Shown here in pieces: positions 23,029-33,401 of a stretch of DNA of 64,000 bases; within the stretch, counting starts at the first letter, position 1; each line of letters starts with the position of its first letter. Made by a program: the position numbers and the translations under genes. The stretch covers positions 576,001 through 640,000 of the forward strand of contig CBDEGZ010000003.1 of NCBI GenBank assembly GCA_965238175.1, read 5' to 3'. The stretch is from Gammaproteobacteria bacterium (GTDB lineage: Bacteria; Pseudomonadota; Gammaproteobacteria; CAJXQU01). Below the pieces are notes generated by a model, which saw only the letters and a list, made by a program, of their open reading frames with translations, was not told the origin of the DNA and ran no database searches.

Positions 23029-23908
23029 AGATTGGGCCGTCTACACAAACGCGTTTCATCGCTGGTCCATTTTCGGTTTCAATTTCGACTACGCAACCTG
23101 CACATCCGCCGACCGCGCAAGCCATGTATTCTTCGAGAGATATCTGACAGGGCAGATCATATTCTGCTGCGAGTGCTTTGACGGCTTTTAACATGGGCGT
23201 TGGGCCGCAAGAAAAAATCTCAATTTCTGATCGTTCCTCTGTACTCATTGCATCTAACCAACATCGTGCGAGATCGGTGACATAACCTTCATAGCAGCCT
23301 GCGTAATTTTGTAAGCTGGCTAAGCGACATGCAATGTTCCAATCTTCCATTAATGGCATGGTTGCGATTACGCCGTCTGGCATTCCATCTATCATGATCT
23401 GTGAAGGTTTGGTGATGAAAGGAAAAGGAACTTCTGATCCCATTATCACTAAGGGTGATAAGCTGGGTTTATTTTTTTTGGGATCAGACTTTTTTGCATA
23501 TTCTTTTAAATGCTCAGCAAGAAAAACCATTGGTGGTAAACCAACACCGCCGCCGATCAATAATGGTTTTCTTCGATAATTTTCCAGCTTAAACGGCATC
23601 CCAATCGGTCCCATTAAACTGAGACTTTCACCCGCTTTGCATTGTGCTAACAGCGCCGTTCCGTGACCATGTTTTTTATACAAAATATCGACTTCGCCCT
23701 TGTTCGCATCAACTCGCATCAGTGACATTGGGCGTCGCATGGGTAGTAAGTCATCGCATTGAAGATGCACGAAACCACCGGGGAGTGCATTCTCCGCTGT
23801 TTTTGGAGCAATCAGTTTTAAAATATATTGATCGCCATCAAAGGCATCATGCTGGAGTATTTTTGCATCTTCAACGAAGATAGTATTTCGGTGTGAGTGG
23901 TCGATCAT
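23000..23908 (-). CDS. pyrK: Dihydroorotate dehydrogenase electron transfer subunit
   Basis: RRPMS FAD motif, GGGVGLPP, SCGPTPML, EEYMACAVGGCAGC...VCVDGPIF 2Fe-2S motif. Confidence 0.85.
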   Translation of the reverse strand: MIDHSHRNTIFVEDAKILQHDAFDGDQYILKLIAPKTAENALPGGFVHLQCDDLLPMRRPMSLMRVDANKGEVDILYKKHGHGTALLAQCKAGESLSLMGPIGMPFKLENYRRKPLLIGGGVGLPPMVFLAEHLKEYAKKSDPKKNKPSLSPLVIMGSEVPFPFITKPSQIMIDGMPDGVIATMPLMEDWNIACRLASLQNYAGCYEGYVTDLARCWLDAMSTEERSEIEIFSCGPTPMLKAVKALAAEYDLPCQISLEEYMACAVGGCAGCVVEIETENGPAMKRVCVDGPIFEASTVVFP

Positions 23909-25176
23909 TTATTGTATACAAGCCGTCCGTTGAGAATTGCGTGCGTTACTTTACCTTTCATTTCCCAGCCGAGTGTTGGCGTATTTTTACCTTCACTGAT
24001 CAAGCTCTTTTCTGTCACTGTCCATTCTTTTTCTGGATCAAAAATACAAAGATCTGCTACTGTGCCTTCTGTCAAACTACCCGATTCAAGCCCTAAGATT
24101 TGTGCTGGGGCGGCAGTCATTGCATTGATTACAGTATCCAAATCCATGTGTTTGTCATCTGCTAATTTAAAGGCCAATGGTAGCAAAACATCTAGTGCTG
24201 AAACACCGGGTTCCGTCACACTGAATGGCGCTGTTTTATCATCATGATCTTGAGGTTGATGATCTGAACAGAGCGCGGTAATCGTCCCTTCTTTAAGCCC
24301 TTTGATCAGTTTTTCTTTATCCGTATGATGTCGGAACGGTGGTTTGACGTGACAGAGCGTATTGTAGTCCTCGGTATCTTTATCGGTAAAATAAAGTTGG
24401 TGGATACTGACATCTGCAGTAACGGGTAAGCCTCGCTTTTGAGCATCGCGGATCATCTCAACACTTCTTGCCGTTGATAAGCGCATGAAATGTGCTCTTG
24501 CGCCGGTTGCCTCGATCAAAAGTAGATCCCGTGCAATAGCAACCGTTTCTGCTGTTTCCGGAATTGGTGGAATTCCCATACGTGTACTATAAGCACCTTC
24601 GTGCATTGCACCACCACCCAGCCATTTATCTTCTGGTTGGATGAAAACCGGAAGATCGCAAGTTACCGCATATTCCAATGCTCTGCGCATAACCTCAGTA
24701 TCAGGAACGGTCTGCATGGCATTACTCACACCGACGCAACCGGCCTCTTTTAAGGAATACATTTCAGCCAGTCGCTTACTTCCAAGCCCGTGAGTGAGTG
24801 CTCCCAAACAGACAACTCTTGCTTTGCCCGATTGCTCTGAACGTTGATGTATGAGTTCTACGACAGCAGGTGTGTCTATTATGGGAAATGTATCTGGTGG
24901 ACAGCAAAGTGTGGTTATACCACCCGCTGCCGCTGCTTTGGTTTCTGATGCGATATCGGCCTTACAACCTTCTCCCGGTTCACGGAGTCGAGCACTAAGA
25001 TCAACCAAACCGGGAAGGACGATTTGCCCACTCGCATCGATCTGCTTTTTTATCTCAAAACCAACCGGTTTGCGTCCAACAGAAACTATTTTACCTTTAC
25101 TGATATAAATATTGCTGATCTTATCCAGACCATTTTTTGGATCAATTACACGACCTTTTGTGATGCAGATATTCAT
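23905..25176 (-). CDS. pyrC: Dihydroorotase-like protein (PyrC', probably non-catalytic ATCase subunit)
   Basis: [14 protein letters not shown] (the metal-binding HxH is replaced by S-A-R), [13 protein letters not shown]; follows pyrB. Confidence 0.85.
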   Translation of the reverse strand: MNICITKGRVIDPKNGLDKISNIYISKGKIVSVGRKPVGFEIKKQIDASGQIVLPGLVDLSARLREPGEGCKADIASETKAAAAGGITTLCCPPDTFPIIDTPAVVELIHQRSEQSGKARVVCLGALTHGLGSKRLAEMYSLKEAGCVGVSNAMQTVPDTEVMRRALEYAVTCDLPVFIQPEDKWLGGGAMHEGAYSTRMGIPPIPETAETVAIARDLLLIEATGARAHFMRLSTARSVEMIRDAQKRGLPVTADVSIHQLYFTDKDTEDYNTLCHVKPPFRHHTDKEKLIKGLKEGTITALCSDHQPQDHDDKTAPFSVTEPGVSALDVLLPLAFKLADDKHMDLDTVINAMTAAPAQILGLESGSLTEGTVADLCIFDPEKEWTVTEKSLISEGKNTPTLGWEMKGKVTHAILNGRLVYNK

Positions 25177-26135
25177 TCAACCGGCCCCATGCAAAGTGAC
25201 ATCACCGCCATCCTGATCGCAATCCCATAACTAACTTGTTCAAGAATAACTGAGCGAGGTCCATCGGCTACTTCTGAGTCTATTTCAACACCACGATTGA
25301 TTGGCCCTGGGTGCAAGACAATAGCATCTGGGTTAGCAACAGAAAGTCGTTCCTCTGTCAGGCCATACATTTTGAAAAATTCATCTGCACTTGGTAAGAG
25401 TGAACCTTCCATACGCTCATTTTGTAGTCGCAGCATTATGACTGCATCGACGTTTTGTAACCCTGTTTCTATATCATGAAATACTTTCACACCAAGGGTA
25501 TGCATATAAGCGGGTATTAATGTTTTCGGCGCAATCACACGTAACTCTTTTACACCCAGTGTGTTCAGGGCATGTATTTCTGATCGAGCTACTCGCGAGT
25601 GCATGATGTCACCAACGATAGCGATTTTAAGCCCGGTAAATTTTCCTTTATGTCGACGAATCGTAAAGGCATCTAACATCGCTTGTGTTGGATGTGCATG
25701 ACGACCATCTCCAGCATTGATCACTCGAATTCCAGGAGCAACCTGCGAAGCAATAAAATGTGCGGCGCCACTGTTGGAATGTCTGACAATGAACATATCA
25801 CAGTGCATCGCCTCCAGTGTTTGCAAAGTGTCTAGCAGGGATTCGCCTTTCTTGGTCGCCGAGGATTCTATGTTGATATTCAGAACATCGGCAGATAGTC
25901 TTTTTGCTGCAAGTTCAAAGGTTGTTCTGGTTCGAGTACTCGGCTCGAAGAATAAATTCGCAATGATTTTACCGCGAAGAAGGGGGACTTTCTTTATTGC
26001 ACGTTCTGCAACACCGACGAAGTTTTCAGTGTTATCTAAAATTTCTGTGAGTAATTGACGGCTAAGCCTTTCAGTAGAAAGGAAATGTTTGAGGCGACCT
26101 TTTTTATTTATCTGGATATCTCTATATAGCGTCAT
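25173..26135 (-). CDS. pyrB: Aspartate carbamoyltransferase catalytic subunit
   Basis: [40 protein letters not shown]. Confidence 0.97.
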   Translation of the reverse strand: MTLYRDIQINKKGRLKHFLSTERLSRQLLTEILDNTENFVGVAERAIKKVPLLRGKIIANLFFEPSTRTRTTFELAAKRLSADVLNINIESSATKKGESLLDTLQTLEAMHCDMFIVRHSNSGAAHFIASQVAPGIRVINAGDGRHAHPTQAMLDAFTIRRHKGKFTGLKIAIVGDIMHSRVARSEIHALNTLGVKELRVIAPKTLIPAYMHTLGVKVFHDIETGLQNVDAVIMLRLQNERMEGSLLPSADEFFKMYGLTEERLSVANPDAIVLHPGPINRGVEIDSEVADGPRSVILEQVSYGIAIRMAVMSLCMGPVE

Positions 26136-26641
26136 TTAGTGACCAGAGTTAGTTTTTTTATTCCCGTAAGTTTAACATGTTCTCCCTCCGAGAGAGACAT
26201 TGTTGTACCAATGACATCTGCTTTGAAAGGAAGCTCTTGTTCCGCACGATCAACCAGCACAGTGAGGGTAATACTCGAAGGGCGTCCATAATCAAATATC
26301 TCATTCAACGCAGCACGGATTGTTCGACCTGTATACAAAATATCATCGACTAACACAATATGTCGGTCATCAACATCGAATGATAAATTGGAAGGTTCAA
26401 CACTGGGATGCATTCCTATTCGACTAAAATCATCGCGATAAAAAGCAATATTCAATTCACCTAAAGGTTCCTTAATTTTAAGTAACTCGTGCAGTCGTTG
26501 TGCGATCCTGACACCACCAGTATGAATCCCGATAATCGCAACTTTCTTTCGCCCATGTTCTTTCAAAAAGACTTTTAAATCCTTCGCCATTGTTTCGAGG
26601 ATTTTTTCGATTTCAGCACTACTTATTTTTGTGGCGGTCAT
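26132..26641 (-). CDS. pyrR: Pyrimidine regulator / uracil phosphoribosyltransferase PyrR
   Basis: [31 protein letters not shown]. Confidence 0.95.
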   Translation of the reverse strand: MTATKISSAEIEKILETMAKDLKVFLKEHGRKKVAIIGIHTGGVRIAQRLHELLKIKEPLGELNIAFYRDDFSRIGMHPSVEPSNLSFDVDDRHIVLVDDILYTGRTIRAALNEIFDYGRPSSITLTVLVDRAEQELPFKADVIGTTMSLSEGEHVKLTGIKKLTLVTK

Positions 26642-26674
26642 AAGTTACATAATCTATATTTGTTTATCTTTAAT

Positions 26675-26815
26675 GAGACCTTTTCACGAAATCTATTTTC
26701 GTTCCCAAGCGGCGTTAAAAACATGCTCAATCGGTTATTTATGAAGTATAAACTCCCTCTTTGAGCGTGTTTTTGCCTTGCTTGGAAACAAAATATTCTT
26801 TCGTGCAAAGGTCTC
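26675..26815. mobile_element. ~141-bp MITE-like element, copy 1
   Basis: Terminal IRs gagaccttttcacgaaa and tttcgtgcaaaggtctc; a diverged inverted copy lies at 31220-31361. Confidence 0.8.
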
Positions 26816-26849
26816 CTTTTATAACTTAATTTCAGGTCAGTGTTCGAAT

Positions 26850-27263
26850 TCACATTTTTTGTTCTTGTAACCAAGTCTCAAGGATAACTTGCGCGGCGAT
26901 AGCGTCAAGTCCTTCTTGCTGCGCCTTTTCACCTAAACGTTGTTTTGCTTCTACTGATGAGAGATTTTCATTGATGGTCTGAACGGGCAAAGAGTAACGC
27001 CCTTCAAGTTGGCGACAAAATCGTTTTACCCTGTCTGCTATCCCAAATTCTTGACCTGCAAAATTGGTTGGCATACCAACCACCAGTAATTCTGGTTGCC
27101 ATTCCTCGATCAAATTTGTTAGTGCTTCCCAATCAATTTTGCCATTATGAACTTTGAGGATTTTGAGAGGTTCAGCAGTGCCACTAATGGTTTGACCCTT
27201 TGCTACGCCAATCCTTTTCTCTCCAAAATCGAAAGCAAGGATCGAACCATAGTCTGGGGTCAT
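26850..27263 (-). CDS. ruvX: Pre-16S rRNA nuclease YqgF/RuvX
   Basis: LAFDFGEKRIGVA, VVGMP, NENLSSVEA, DAIAAQVILE. Confidence 0.93.
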   Translation of the reverse strand: MTPDYGSILAFDFGEKRIGVAKGQTISGTAEPLKILKVHNGKIDWEALTNLIEEWQPELLVVGMPTNFAGQEFGIADRVKRFCRQLEGRYSLPVQTINENLSSVEAKQRLGEKAQQEGLDAIAAQVILETWLQEQKM

Positions 27264-27820
27264 GCGTGACCAATATCCCGTGAGAATTGATAGAGATCAA
27301 AACCCAATAATTCTGTGGCTTTTTCCCAGCGCTTTTCAGGCGGAGTGTCAAATATAATTGATTCATCAGCAGGTGTACTTAACCATATATTTTCGGCCAA
27401 TTCTTTCTCAAGCTGCCCTGTCTCCCAACTTGCATAACCAAGTGCGATGAGTGATTTTTTCGGGCCATCACCTTTTGAGATTGCTTCGAGGATATCTTTT
27501 GAAGTTGCCACGCCTAAATTATCCGTAACATTAATCGTAGAATCCCAACTAGTGGGTGGTTCATGAATAATGATACCTCGATCCTGCTGGACAGGGCCGC
27601 CCAGAAAAACCTGAGTCTGTTCTACTTCTGAATTGTCAGATGCCAATTCCATTTGCGACAAAATCTCACCAAGTTCAATTTCCATTGGACGATTGATCAC
27701 GATTCCCATTGCGCCTTCATTACTATGAGCGCACATGTAAGTTACTGTTTGTTGGAACTCAGGATCATCCATGGTTGGCATTGCGATCAAAAAATGGCCT
27801 GTTAGGTCTAAATTTGTCAT
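27260..27820 (-). CDS. yqgE: YqgE/AlgH family protein
   Basis: FLIAMPTMDDP, GAMGIVINRP, GGPV, LGYASW..GQLEKE. Confidence 0.93.
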   Translation of the reverse strand: MTNLDLTGHFLIAMPTMDDPEFQQTVTYMCAHSNEGAMGIVINRPMEIELGEILSQMELASDNSEVEQTQVFLGGPVQQDRGIIIHEPPTSWDSTINVTDNLGVATSKDILEAISKGDGPKKSLIALGYASWETGQLEKELAENIWLSTPADESIIFDTPPEKRWEKATELLGFDLYQFSRDIGHA

Positions 27821-28246
27821 TCGATTATTATACCTACTGATTTGAATTATGGATCTTATTCCTCAACCAAGCATTGGCCTAGATATATGAAAAAAATGTG
27901 GCGTTAACAATTAAGATGCTCCATTGTTTTCATAAAGAAGATATCTAATGATTATAAAATCAAATAAATAATAAGCTTATTTTAAGTAGATCCTAGAATT
28001 TTCTTAGTTTGTTTACTAACAATTAAAAGATCAATGCCTTTAGAAAATTCACAATAATTTTGAAAAAGCGAAAAGAAAATTAGATAAGTCCACACAAGAA
28101 AAATAGATTTTATACCTGTAATACTTAGAAATGCGTGTTTTAGATGACTCCAGGGATGCACTGATAACTAGGCGGTACATTTAGAGCAATAATATTTGAA
28201 CAAAAAATTGAAAAACACATTCAGCTACTAGCTAAATAAATGTACT

Positions 28247-29227
28247 CTATTTGCCTGAAAAGGTACTGTTATGTAAAAATTTCCAAGTACGAGTGATATG
28301 CAAAATATCAACCGTCTTGCGGATGTTCTCTGGGAAAGACGCATATGGTGAAGCTAACCTGACAATTTGAAGTGCTGCATCATCAAGAACTTGATGTCCT
28401 GAAGACTTGTCGATAGTAATCTCATTAATCGTACCATCGGCATTCAGAGCAACCGTCATACGTAAAATGCCAGAGAGCCGATTCCGTCGCGCTTCATCGG
28501 GATAGTTGATATTCCCGATCCGTTCCACTTTTGCGCGCCAGGCTTCCATATATGAAGCATATTTATATTCACGGGTGCTAGCTGATATAAAATCTCGTCG
28601 CGGTCTTTTTGCTTTAGCTTCCAAACGTCGATCAATTTCTGCGCTAAGGCTTGCCATTGAAAGACTACGCGACATTAACTCGGTCACGGAGGGGGTTTCG
28701 GGTTGTGGTTGCGGCTGATTTTCCGGTTCTAGCTTTTCAGCTTCAACAGCCTTAGCTTTTGGTTTACTTTGCAGTTTGGGGATCTGTATCTCGGTTTTTA
28801 CTCGCTCAACAACAATCAATTCTTCCAGTTTTTCTTCTGATTCCTCCTCAACAACACTGAGTTCAGTCTCTGAAACTTGTTTTTCTAACTTTCGTTTATT
28901 CATGGGTTCAAAAGGGATAACTGATGGCGTCACTATTTCTGGAGACTGTTCTGGGTTCGGTGCTACAAAAGGTGTTGCAGGTCTTTCGGAATCCTCACTT
29001 TCACCACCACCTTCGGAATTTGCCTGAGCCAGAAAATCAACCTCCTCCGGTGCTTCTTTGCTGGATTGTTGTACCAGAATCACTTCTATATCTTTCATAT
29101 CTGGTTGATCATTACCAGAAAAACTGATCCCAAAAATCCCGGCAGCATGCAAAATGATTGCAAAGCTTAGTGCCATCGCCATCATGTCGCTTGAACCAGT
29201 TGAATAATTGGGTTGTTGAAAAATCAT
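28247..29227 (-). CDS. TonB-family energy transducer
   Basis: N-terminal TM segment, FLAQAN motif, C-terminal KVERIGNINYP...SSGHQVLDDAA...HITRTW. Confidence 0.88.
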   Translation of the reverse strand: MIFQQPNYSTGSSDMMAMALSFAIILHAAGIFGISFSGNDQPDMKDIEVILVQQSSKEAPEEVDFLAQANSEGGGESEDSERPATPFVAPNPEQSPEIVTPSVIPFEPMNKRKLEKQVSETELSVVEEESEEKLEELIVVERVKTEIQIPKLQSKPKAKAVEAEKLEPENQPQPQPETPSVTELMSRSLSMASLSAEIDRRLEAKAKRPRRDFISASTREYKYASYMEAWRAKVERIGNINYPDEARRNRLSGILRMTVALNADGTINEITIDKSSGHQVLDDAALQIVRLASPYASFPENIRKTVDILHITRTWKFLHNSTFSGK

Positions 29228-29242
29228 GTTGGATCTATGCGA

Positions 29243-29773
29243 TTAGTTTTTGAGTGAGTCTTGAGATGTCTTAACCATTGCGTTCGCAATTATACCGCTA
29301 AGTAAACCGAAAACGAGTGCAAGCGTCATAAAAACCGGCAATAATCTCAATAAGCCTTGATTAGGAATAAATACTAGATATGCCATTAGAAACTGCCCCA
29401 TCATGTGCGCCTGCGCAGCCAGCAAACTATAACCAACCGCTCCCAAATTATGCTCAAATAATTTCCAACATAGTCCTAAAACCATCACGCTTGAAATAGC
29501 TCCAGCAAGGCTCATTGCAAAAGTCGGTGACAAAAAAGTACCAATTAACAAACTACCAACCAATACACGCAATAATGATACCCAAGCTGCCGCTTTCCAA
29601 CCGAAAAGTAATAAAGTGGCTATGGTGATTACATTTGCAAGGCCCAATTTAACACCCGGGAAAGGACTTGGGAGTGCCGCCTCGAAAATATGGATCATGA
29701 TCGCAAAAGCCGCCAGATAGGCAATACGTACATCTTCTCTTGTAGGTTGTAACGTCAGGGTCAGGGTTGACAT
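29243..29773 (-). CDS. Gx-transporter / heptaprenyl diphosphate synthase component I-like membrane protein
   Basis: EAALPSPFPGVKLGLAN motif; multiple TM segments. Confidence 0.85.
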   Translation of the reverse strand: MSTLTLTLQPTREDVRIAYLAAFAIMIHIFEAALPSPFPGVKLGLANVITIATLLLFGWKAAAWVSLLRVLVGSLLIGTFLSPTFAMSLAGAISSVMVLGLCWKLFEHNLGAVGYSLLAAQAHMMGQFLMAYLVFIPNQGLLRLLPVFMTLALVFGLLSGIIANAMVKTSQDSLKN

Positions 29774-30198
29774 CAGAAATTGATCGCGTCGAAAAAAGTA
29801 TTGTTTGTGACAAGCTCAACGGCAACGCGGTTAGGCAGGCAGGCGGCAAATTCACCACCTTTTTCTAACCAACCACTATGAACACAGATCTGATTGGGGC
29901 ACGGTGAGCTTTTAAAACGGACTCTCCCATCGGCTATCTCTAACTCTGAGATACCTACTTTTCCAACTATTTGTATAGTCCTATTTTCGGACAAACTAAT
30001 TAATTGTTTCCCTTCCTGCACATTGTGATCATCATTTTCAGATTTTTTTTGATCCATTCTAATTTGATCAACCTTGCCTTGTTCAACTGTGACTTGTGCA
30101 AAATCGCCCCGTCCTTCACTAAACCAGAACATCTTATACAAGGAACCGACGAAAAATATCACTGAAACCAAAACCAACTTGTCTCCCAATTTTAACAA
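29773..30198 (-). CDS. NusG domain II-like periplasmic protein
   Basis: N-terminal TM segment; SSPCPNQICVHSGW...AACLPNRV. Confidence 0.85.
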   Translation of the reverse strand: MLKLGDKLVLVSVIFFVGSLYKMFWFSEGRGDFAQVTVEQGKVDQIRMDQKKSENDDHNVQEGKQLISLSENRTIQIVGKVGISELEIADGRVRFKSSPCPNQICVHSGWLEKGGEFAACLPNRVAVELVTNNTFFDAINF

Positions 30199-30202
30199 AG
30201 GA

Positions 30203-31219
30203 TCAGAATTCCAAATGGTCGACAGCTAATTTCATTCGTGGCTTCAATTCAGGTGTCATATGTATTTCCCCTCGGTTATCGATTAACATGACTTTATCAA
30301 TCCCCATTTGTTCCGCAATTTTTTGCCAGTCCTTCAACCCTGCCACAAATAATGCGGTTGCTGCCGCATCTGCTAAAGATGCATTTTCAGTGACAATCGT
30401 AACGGAAATAAAATCCGATGCAGGATAGCCAGTGCGCGGATCCAGAATATGGTGGTATCGCTGTCCTTCATACATAAAGTAACGTTCATAATCACCCGAT
30501 GTAAATACACTCTCACCATCGTTAACATCTAACGAAGCAAGAACACCTGCTTTCCGTGGATGACGTATTCCAATCCGCCAGGGTCGATCTATGCGTTGGC
30601 CGATCACTTTCAGATCACCGCCTGCATTCACAATCGCATTTTCAAATCCCTTAGATTTCAAATAAGCGAATGCAAGATCAATTCCATAACCTTTTGCGAA
30701 ACCACCCAAATCGAATTGCAGATTAGGATTTTTTGATTTGACCAGATTTTGATCTAATACTAACTCCGAGAGATCCGAAGCGGTTTGCAAATATTGGACT
30801 ATGGCTTGTTTTTCCGGTGGTTTTTCTGGTTGCTCATCGCCATGATACCCCCACAAAACCAGCAGATTTCCCATCGCGGGATTAAATGTATCATTGCTCA
30901 TTGCTGCCAGCTCTTTTGCTCGGTTCAATAACGGCAAAATTTCCTCATCGGCTTTTGCACTTTCTCCTCTGGCTAGTTGTTGGTTAATTGAAACCAACAA
31001 TCCGGGCTGCCAGGCATGCCAGTCTGAATGCCATGTATTGAATTTTCTCTCCAGCTCACCAGCGGCCTGATCTGCGGTAGTTTTATCAACTCCAGCAAGG
31101 GTTAATTCGATAATTGTTCCAAATGCGAAAAAAGAATATTTGTGCAATTCTTTTTTGGGGTCGCTACAAGAACTTAATAGGATAGCTGCAATTAACAACC
31201 AGATCAGTTCTTTTATCAT
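30203..31219 (-). CDS. apbE: FAD:protein FMN transferase (ApbE lipoprotein)
   Basis: Lipobox LSSC after ATG 31219; AFGT, DLGGFAKGY, NAGGD, TSGDYERY, YHHILDPRTGYP, ADAAATA. The ORF-track extension to 31384 runs through a MITE. Confidence 0.92.
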   Translation of the reverse strand: MIKELIWLLIAAILLSSCSDPKKELHKYSFFAFGTIIELTLAGVDKTTADQAAGELERKFNTWHSDWHAWQPGLLVSINQQLARGESAKADEEILPLLNRAKELAAMSNDTFNPAMGNLLVLWGYHGDEQPEKPPEKQAIVQYLQTASDLSELVLDQNLVKSKNPNLQFDLGGFAKGYGIDLAFAYLKSKGFENAIVNAGGDLKVIGQRIDRPWRIGIRHPRKAGVLASLDVNDGESVFTSGDYERYFMYEGQRYHHILDPRTGYPASDFISVTIVTENASLADAAATALFVAGLKDWQKIAEQMGIDKVMLIDNRGEIHMTPELKPRMKLAVDHLEF

Positions 31220-31361
31220 GAGACCTCTGCACGGAAGAATACTTTGCTTCCAGACAAGGCAAAAATGCGCGCAAAGAGAGTACTTGTACATTATAAATAA
31301 CCGATCGTGCATGCTTTGTAACGCCGTATAGGAAACAAAATAGCTTCTGTGCGAAGGTTTC
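31220..31361. mobile_element. ~142-bp MITE-like element, copy 2 (inverted relative to copy 1)
   Basis: gagacctctgcacggaa...ttctgtgcgaaggtttc; internal caaggcaaaaa and ataaataaccgat shared with copy 1. Confidence 0.8.
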
Positions 31362-31370
31362 ATCACCTGC

Positions 31371-32336
31371 TTAGTTCTTAACAAGGTCGTGACCTAATCG
31401 AATCTCAATCGCGTCCATTAAATCTCCCGCAATATCCAGATCATAAAGGGAGTCCAACTCTCGGATACAAGTCGGGCTGGTAACATTAATCTCGGTTAGA
31501 TAGTCACCAATAATATCAAGACCAACAAAGATCAAGCCTTTTTCGCGCAAGGTTTCTCCCACCTGTTCACATATCCAACGATCACGATCTGTCAATTCAA
31601 CACCTTTACTGTGACCACCTGCCGCCAAATTCCCACGTGTTTCACCTTTGGCTGGAATTCTGGCCAATGCGTAATTGGCCGGTTTACCCTCAATCAATAA
31701 CACGCGTTTATCACCCTCGCTAATTTCTGGGATAAATCGCTGCGTCATAACCTGACTCTGACCAAGATTGGTCAGCGTTTCGATAATAACATTCAAATTT
31801 GGATCAGCTTCTCGCACACGAAAAATTGAAGTACCACCCATGCCATCTAGAGGTTTAAGAATAATATCCTTATATTTTTGCAGGAACGTTTTGATGCGAT
31901 CCGCATCTTGCGTCACCATATTCGGCGGACAACATTGAGGAAACCAGGCAGTAAATAACTTCTCGTTCGCATCGCGCAAACTTTGTGGTTTATTGACGAT
32001 CAAAACACCGGCTGCTTCGGCTTGCTCTAACAAATAGGTGGAATAAATGTATTCCATGTCGAAAGGAGGATCTTTACGCATCAGGATAACGTCCAGATCT
32101 TTCAACAATCGTGTTTGCTGCTCGCCCAGATTAAACCAACTTGCAGGATTATCTTTCACTGATAATTCTCGGCACTGGGCTTTTATTTCACCTTCGTCGA
32201 GAAATAGATCGGATTGCTGCATATAGATGAGTTTCCAACCTCTTGCCTGAGCGGCAAGCAACATTGCAAAACTTGAATCCTTTTTGATCGTGATTTGATC
32301 AATCGGATCCATAACAATTCCTAACGTGATAGACAT
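31371..32336 (-). CDS. gshB: Glutathione synthetase
   Basis: GIVMDPI...KKDSSFAML, MRKDPPFD, NEKLF, KPLDGMGG, RGNLAAGG, TEINVTSPT. Confidence 0.97.
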   Translation of the reverse strand: MSITLGIVMDPIDQITIKKDSSFAMLLAAQARGWKLIYMQQSDLFLDEGEIKAQCRELSVKDNPASWFNLGEQQTRLLKDLDVILMRKDPPFDMEYIYSTYLLEQAEAAGVLIVNKPQSLRDANEKLFTAWFPQCCPPNMVTQDADRIKTFLQKYKDIILKPLDGMGGTSIFRVREADPNLNVIIETLTNLGQSQVMTQRFIPEISEGDKRVLLIEGKPANYALARIPAKGETRGNLAAGGHSKGVELTDRDRWICEQVGETLREKGLIFVGLDIIGDYLTEINVTSPTCIRELDSLYDLDIAGDLMDAIEIRLGHDLVKN

Positions 32337-32472
32337 GTCTAACTGAGTCCAAAAGAGAAAACCCGATTTTACAGTAATCCGCCCAGCTGAAATACCTGAA
32401 CTACCTAATTAAGACGAAATTATAATCAAAATTCAGTTGCGACCGGTCGCGGCAATTCGTAGCATGTCACCT

Positions 32473-33399
32473 ATGAAAACACTCAAAATTGTTACTCGCA
32501 AAAGTCCGCTTGCTATGTGGCAAGCTGAACATGTCCAAGATTTACTCCTGAAAACCCACCATGATCTGAAAGTTGAATTGATCGGCATACAAACTCAAGG
32601 GGACAAAATTCTCGACTCACCACTGGCAAAAATTGGGGGTAAAGGTTTATTCGTTAAAGAACTGGAAACTGCATTATTAGAAAAACGCGCCGATATTGCT
32701 GTCCATTCAATGAAGGATGTCACCGTCGATATGCCGGAAGGTTTAGCCTTACCTGTGATTTTGGAACGAGAAGATCCGCGTGATGTTTTAATCTCTGCGA
32801 CAGGCGAGAATCTGGACATTTCTGTTCTGCCAGAAAATGCACGGGTTGGAACTTCCAGCTTACGCCGACAATGTCAGATCAAAAACCTCAGACCTGACCT
32901 AAATATTCTTGATCTACGCGGCAATGTAGGGACACGTCTCGGCAAACTCGAAAAGGGTGAATACGATGTGATTATTCTGGCCGCCGCTGGCATTATCCGT
33001 TTAGGTCTTGAAGAAAAAGTTAGCCACTTTATAGCAAGCGATGTTCTGCTGCCCGCTATTGGGCAGGGTGCTATCGGCATACAATCCCGTGATCAGGATA
33101 AAGAAACACTTTCTTTGATTAATCCACTAAATCATAATGATACACATACCCGCGTTCTTGCCGAACGTGCTGTCAATCGCCGACTTTTTGGTGGTTGCCA
33201 AGTACCTATTGCCGGTTTTTCTGAGTTAAATGGTGATCAAATTCAAATTCGTGCGCTGGTTGGAGAAGTGGATGGAACTGAGATTATTCGCAGTGAAATT
33301 AGCGGCCACCGTGACGATGCGGAAAAACTCGGCACGACATTAGCAGAAGAATTGTTGTCGCAAGGTGCGGGTGAAATTTTGGATAAATTGAGTCACTAA
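32473..33399 (+). CDS. hemC: Hydroxymethylbilane synthase (porphobilinogen deaminase)
   Basis: [48 protein letters not shown]. Start could be 32464. Confidence 0.97.
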   Translation: MKTLKIVTRKSPLAMWQAEHVQDLLLKTHHDLKVELIGIQTQGDKILDSPLAKIGGKGLFVKELETALLEKRADIAVHSMKDVTVDMPEGLALPVILEREDPRDVLISATGENLDISVLPENARVGTSSLRRQCQIKNLRPDLNILDLRGNVGTRLGKLEKGEYDVIILAAAGIIRLGLEEKVSHFIASDVLLPAIGQGAIGIQSRDQDKETLSLINPLNHNDTHTRVLAERAVNRRLFGGCQVPIAGFSELNGDQIQIRALVGEVDGTEIIRSEISGHRDDAEKLGTTLAEELLSQGAGEILDKLSH

Positions 33400-33401
33400 T
33401 T

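Noticed and set aside
26638-26874. 78-aa ORF, and the similar 31140-31331 ORF
   Set aside because: Both are translations of the MITE copies.
27821-28246. AT-rich 426-bp gap between tonB and yqgE as a hidden gene or sRNA
   Set aside because: No ORF, repeat or structure that I can support.
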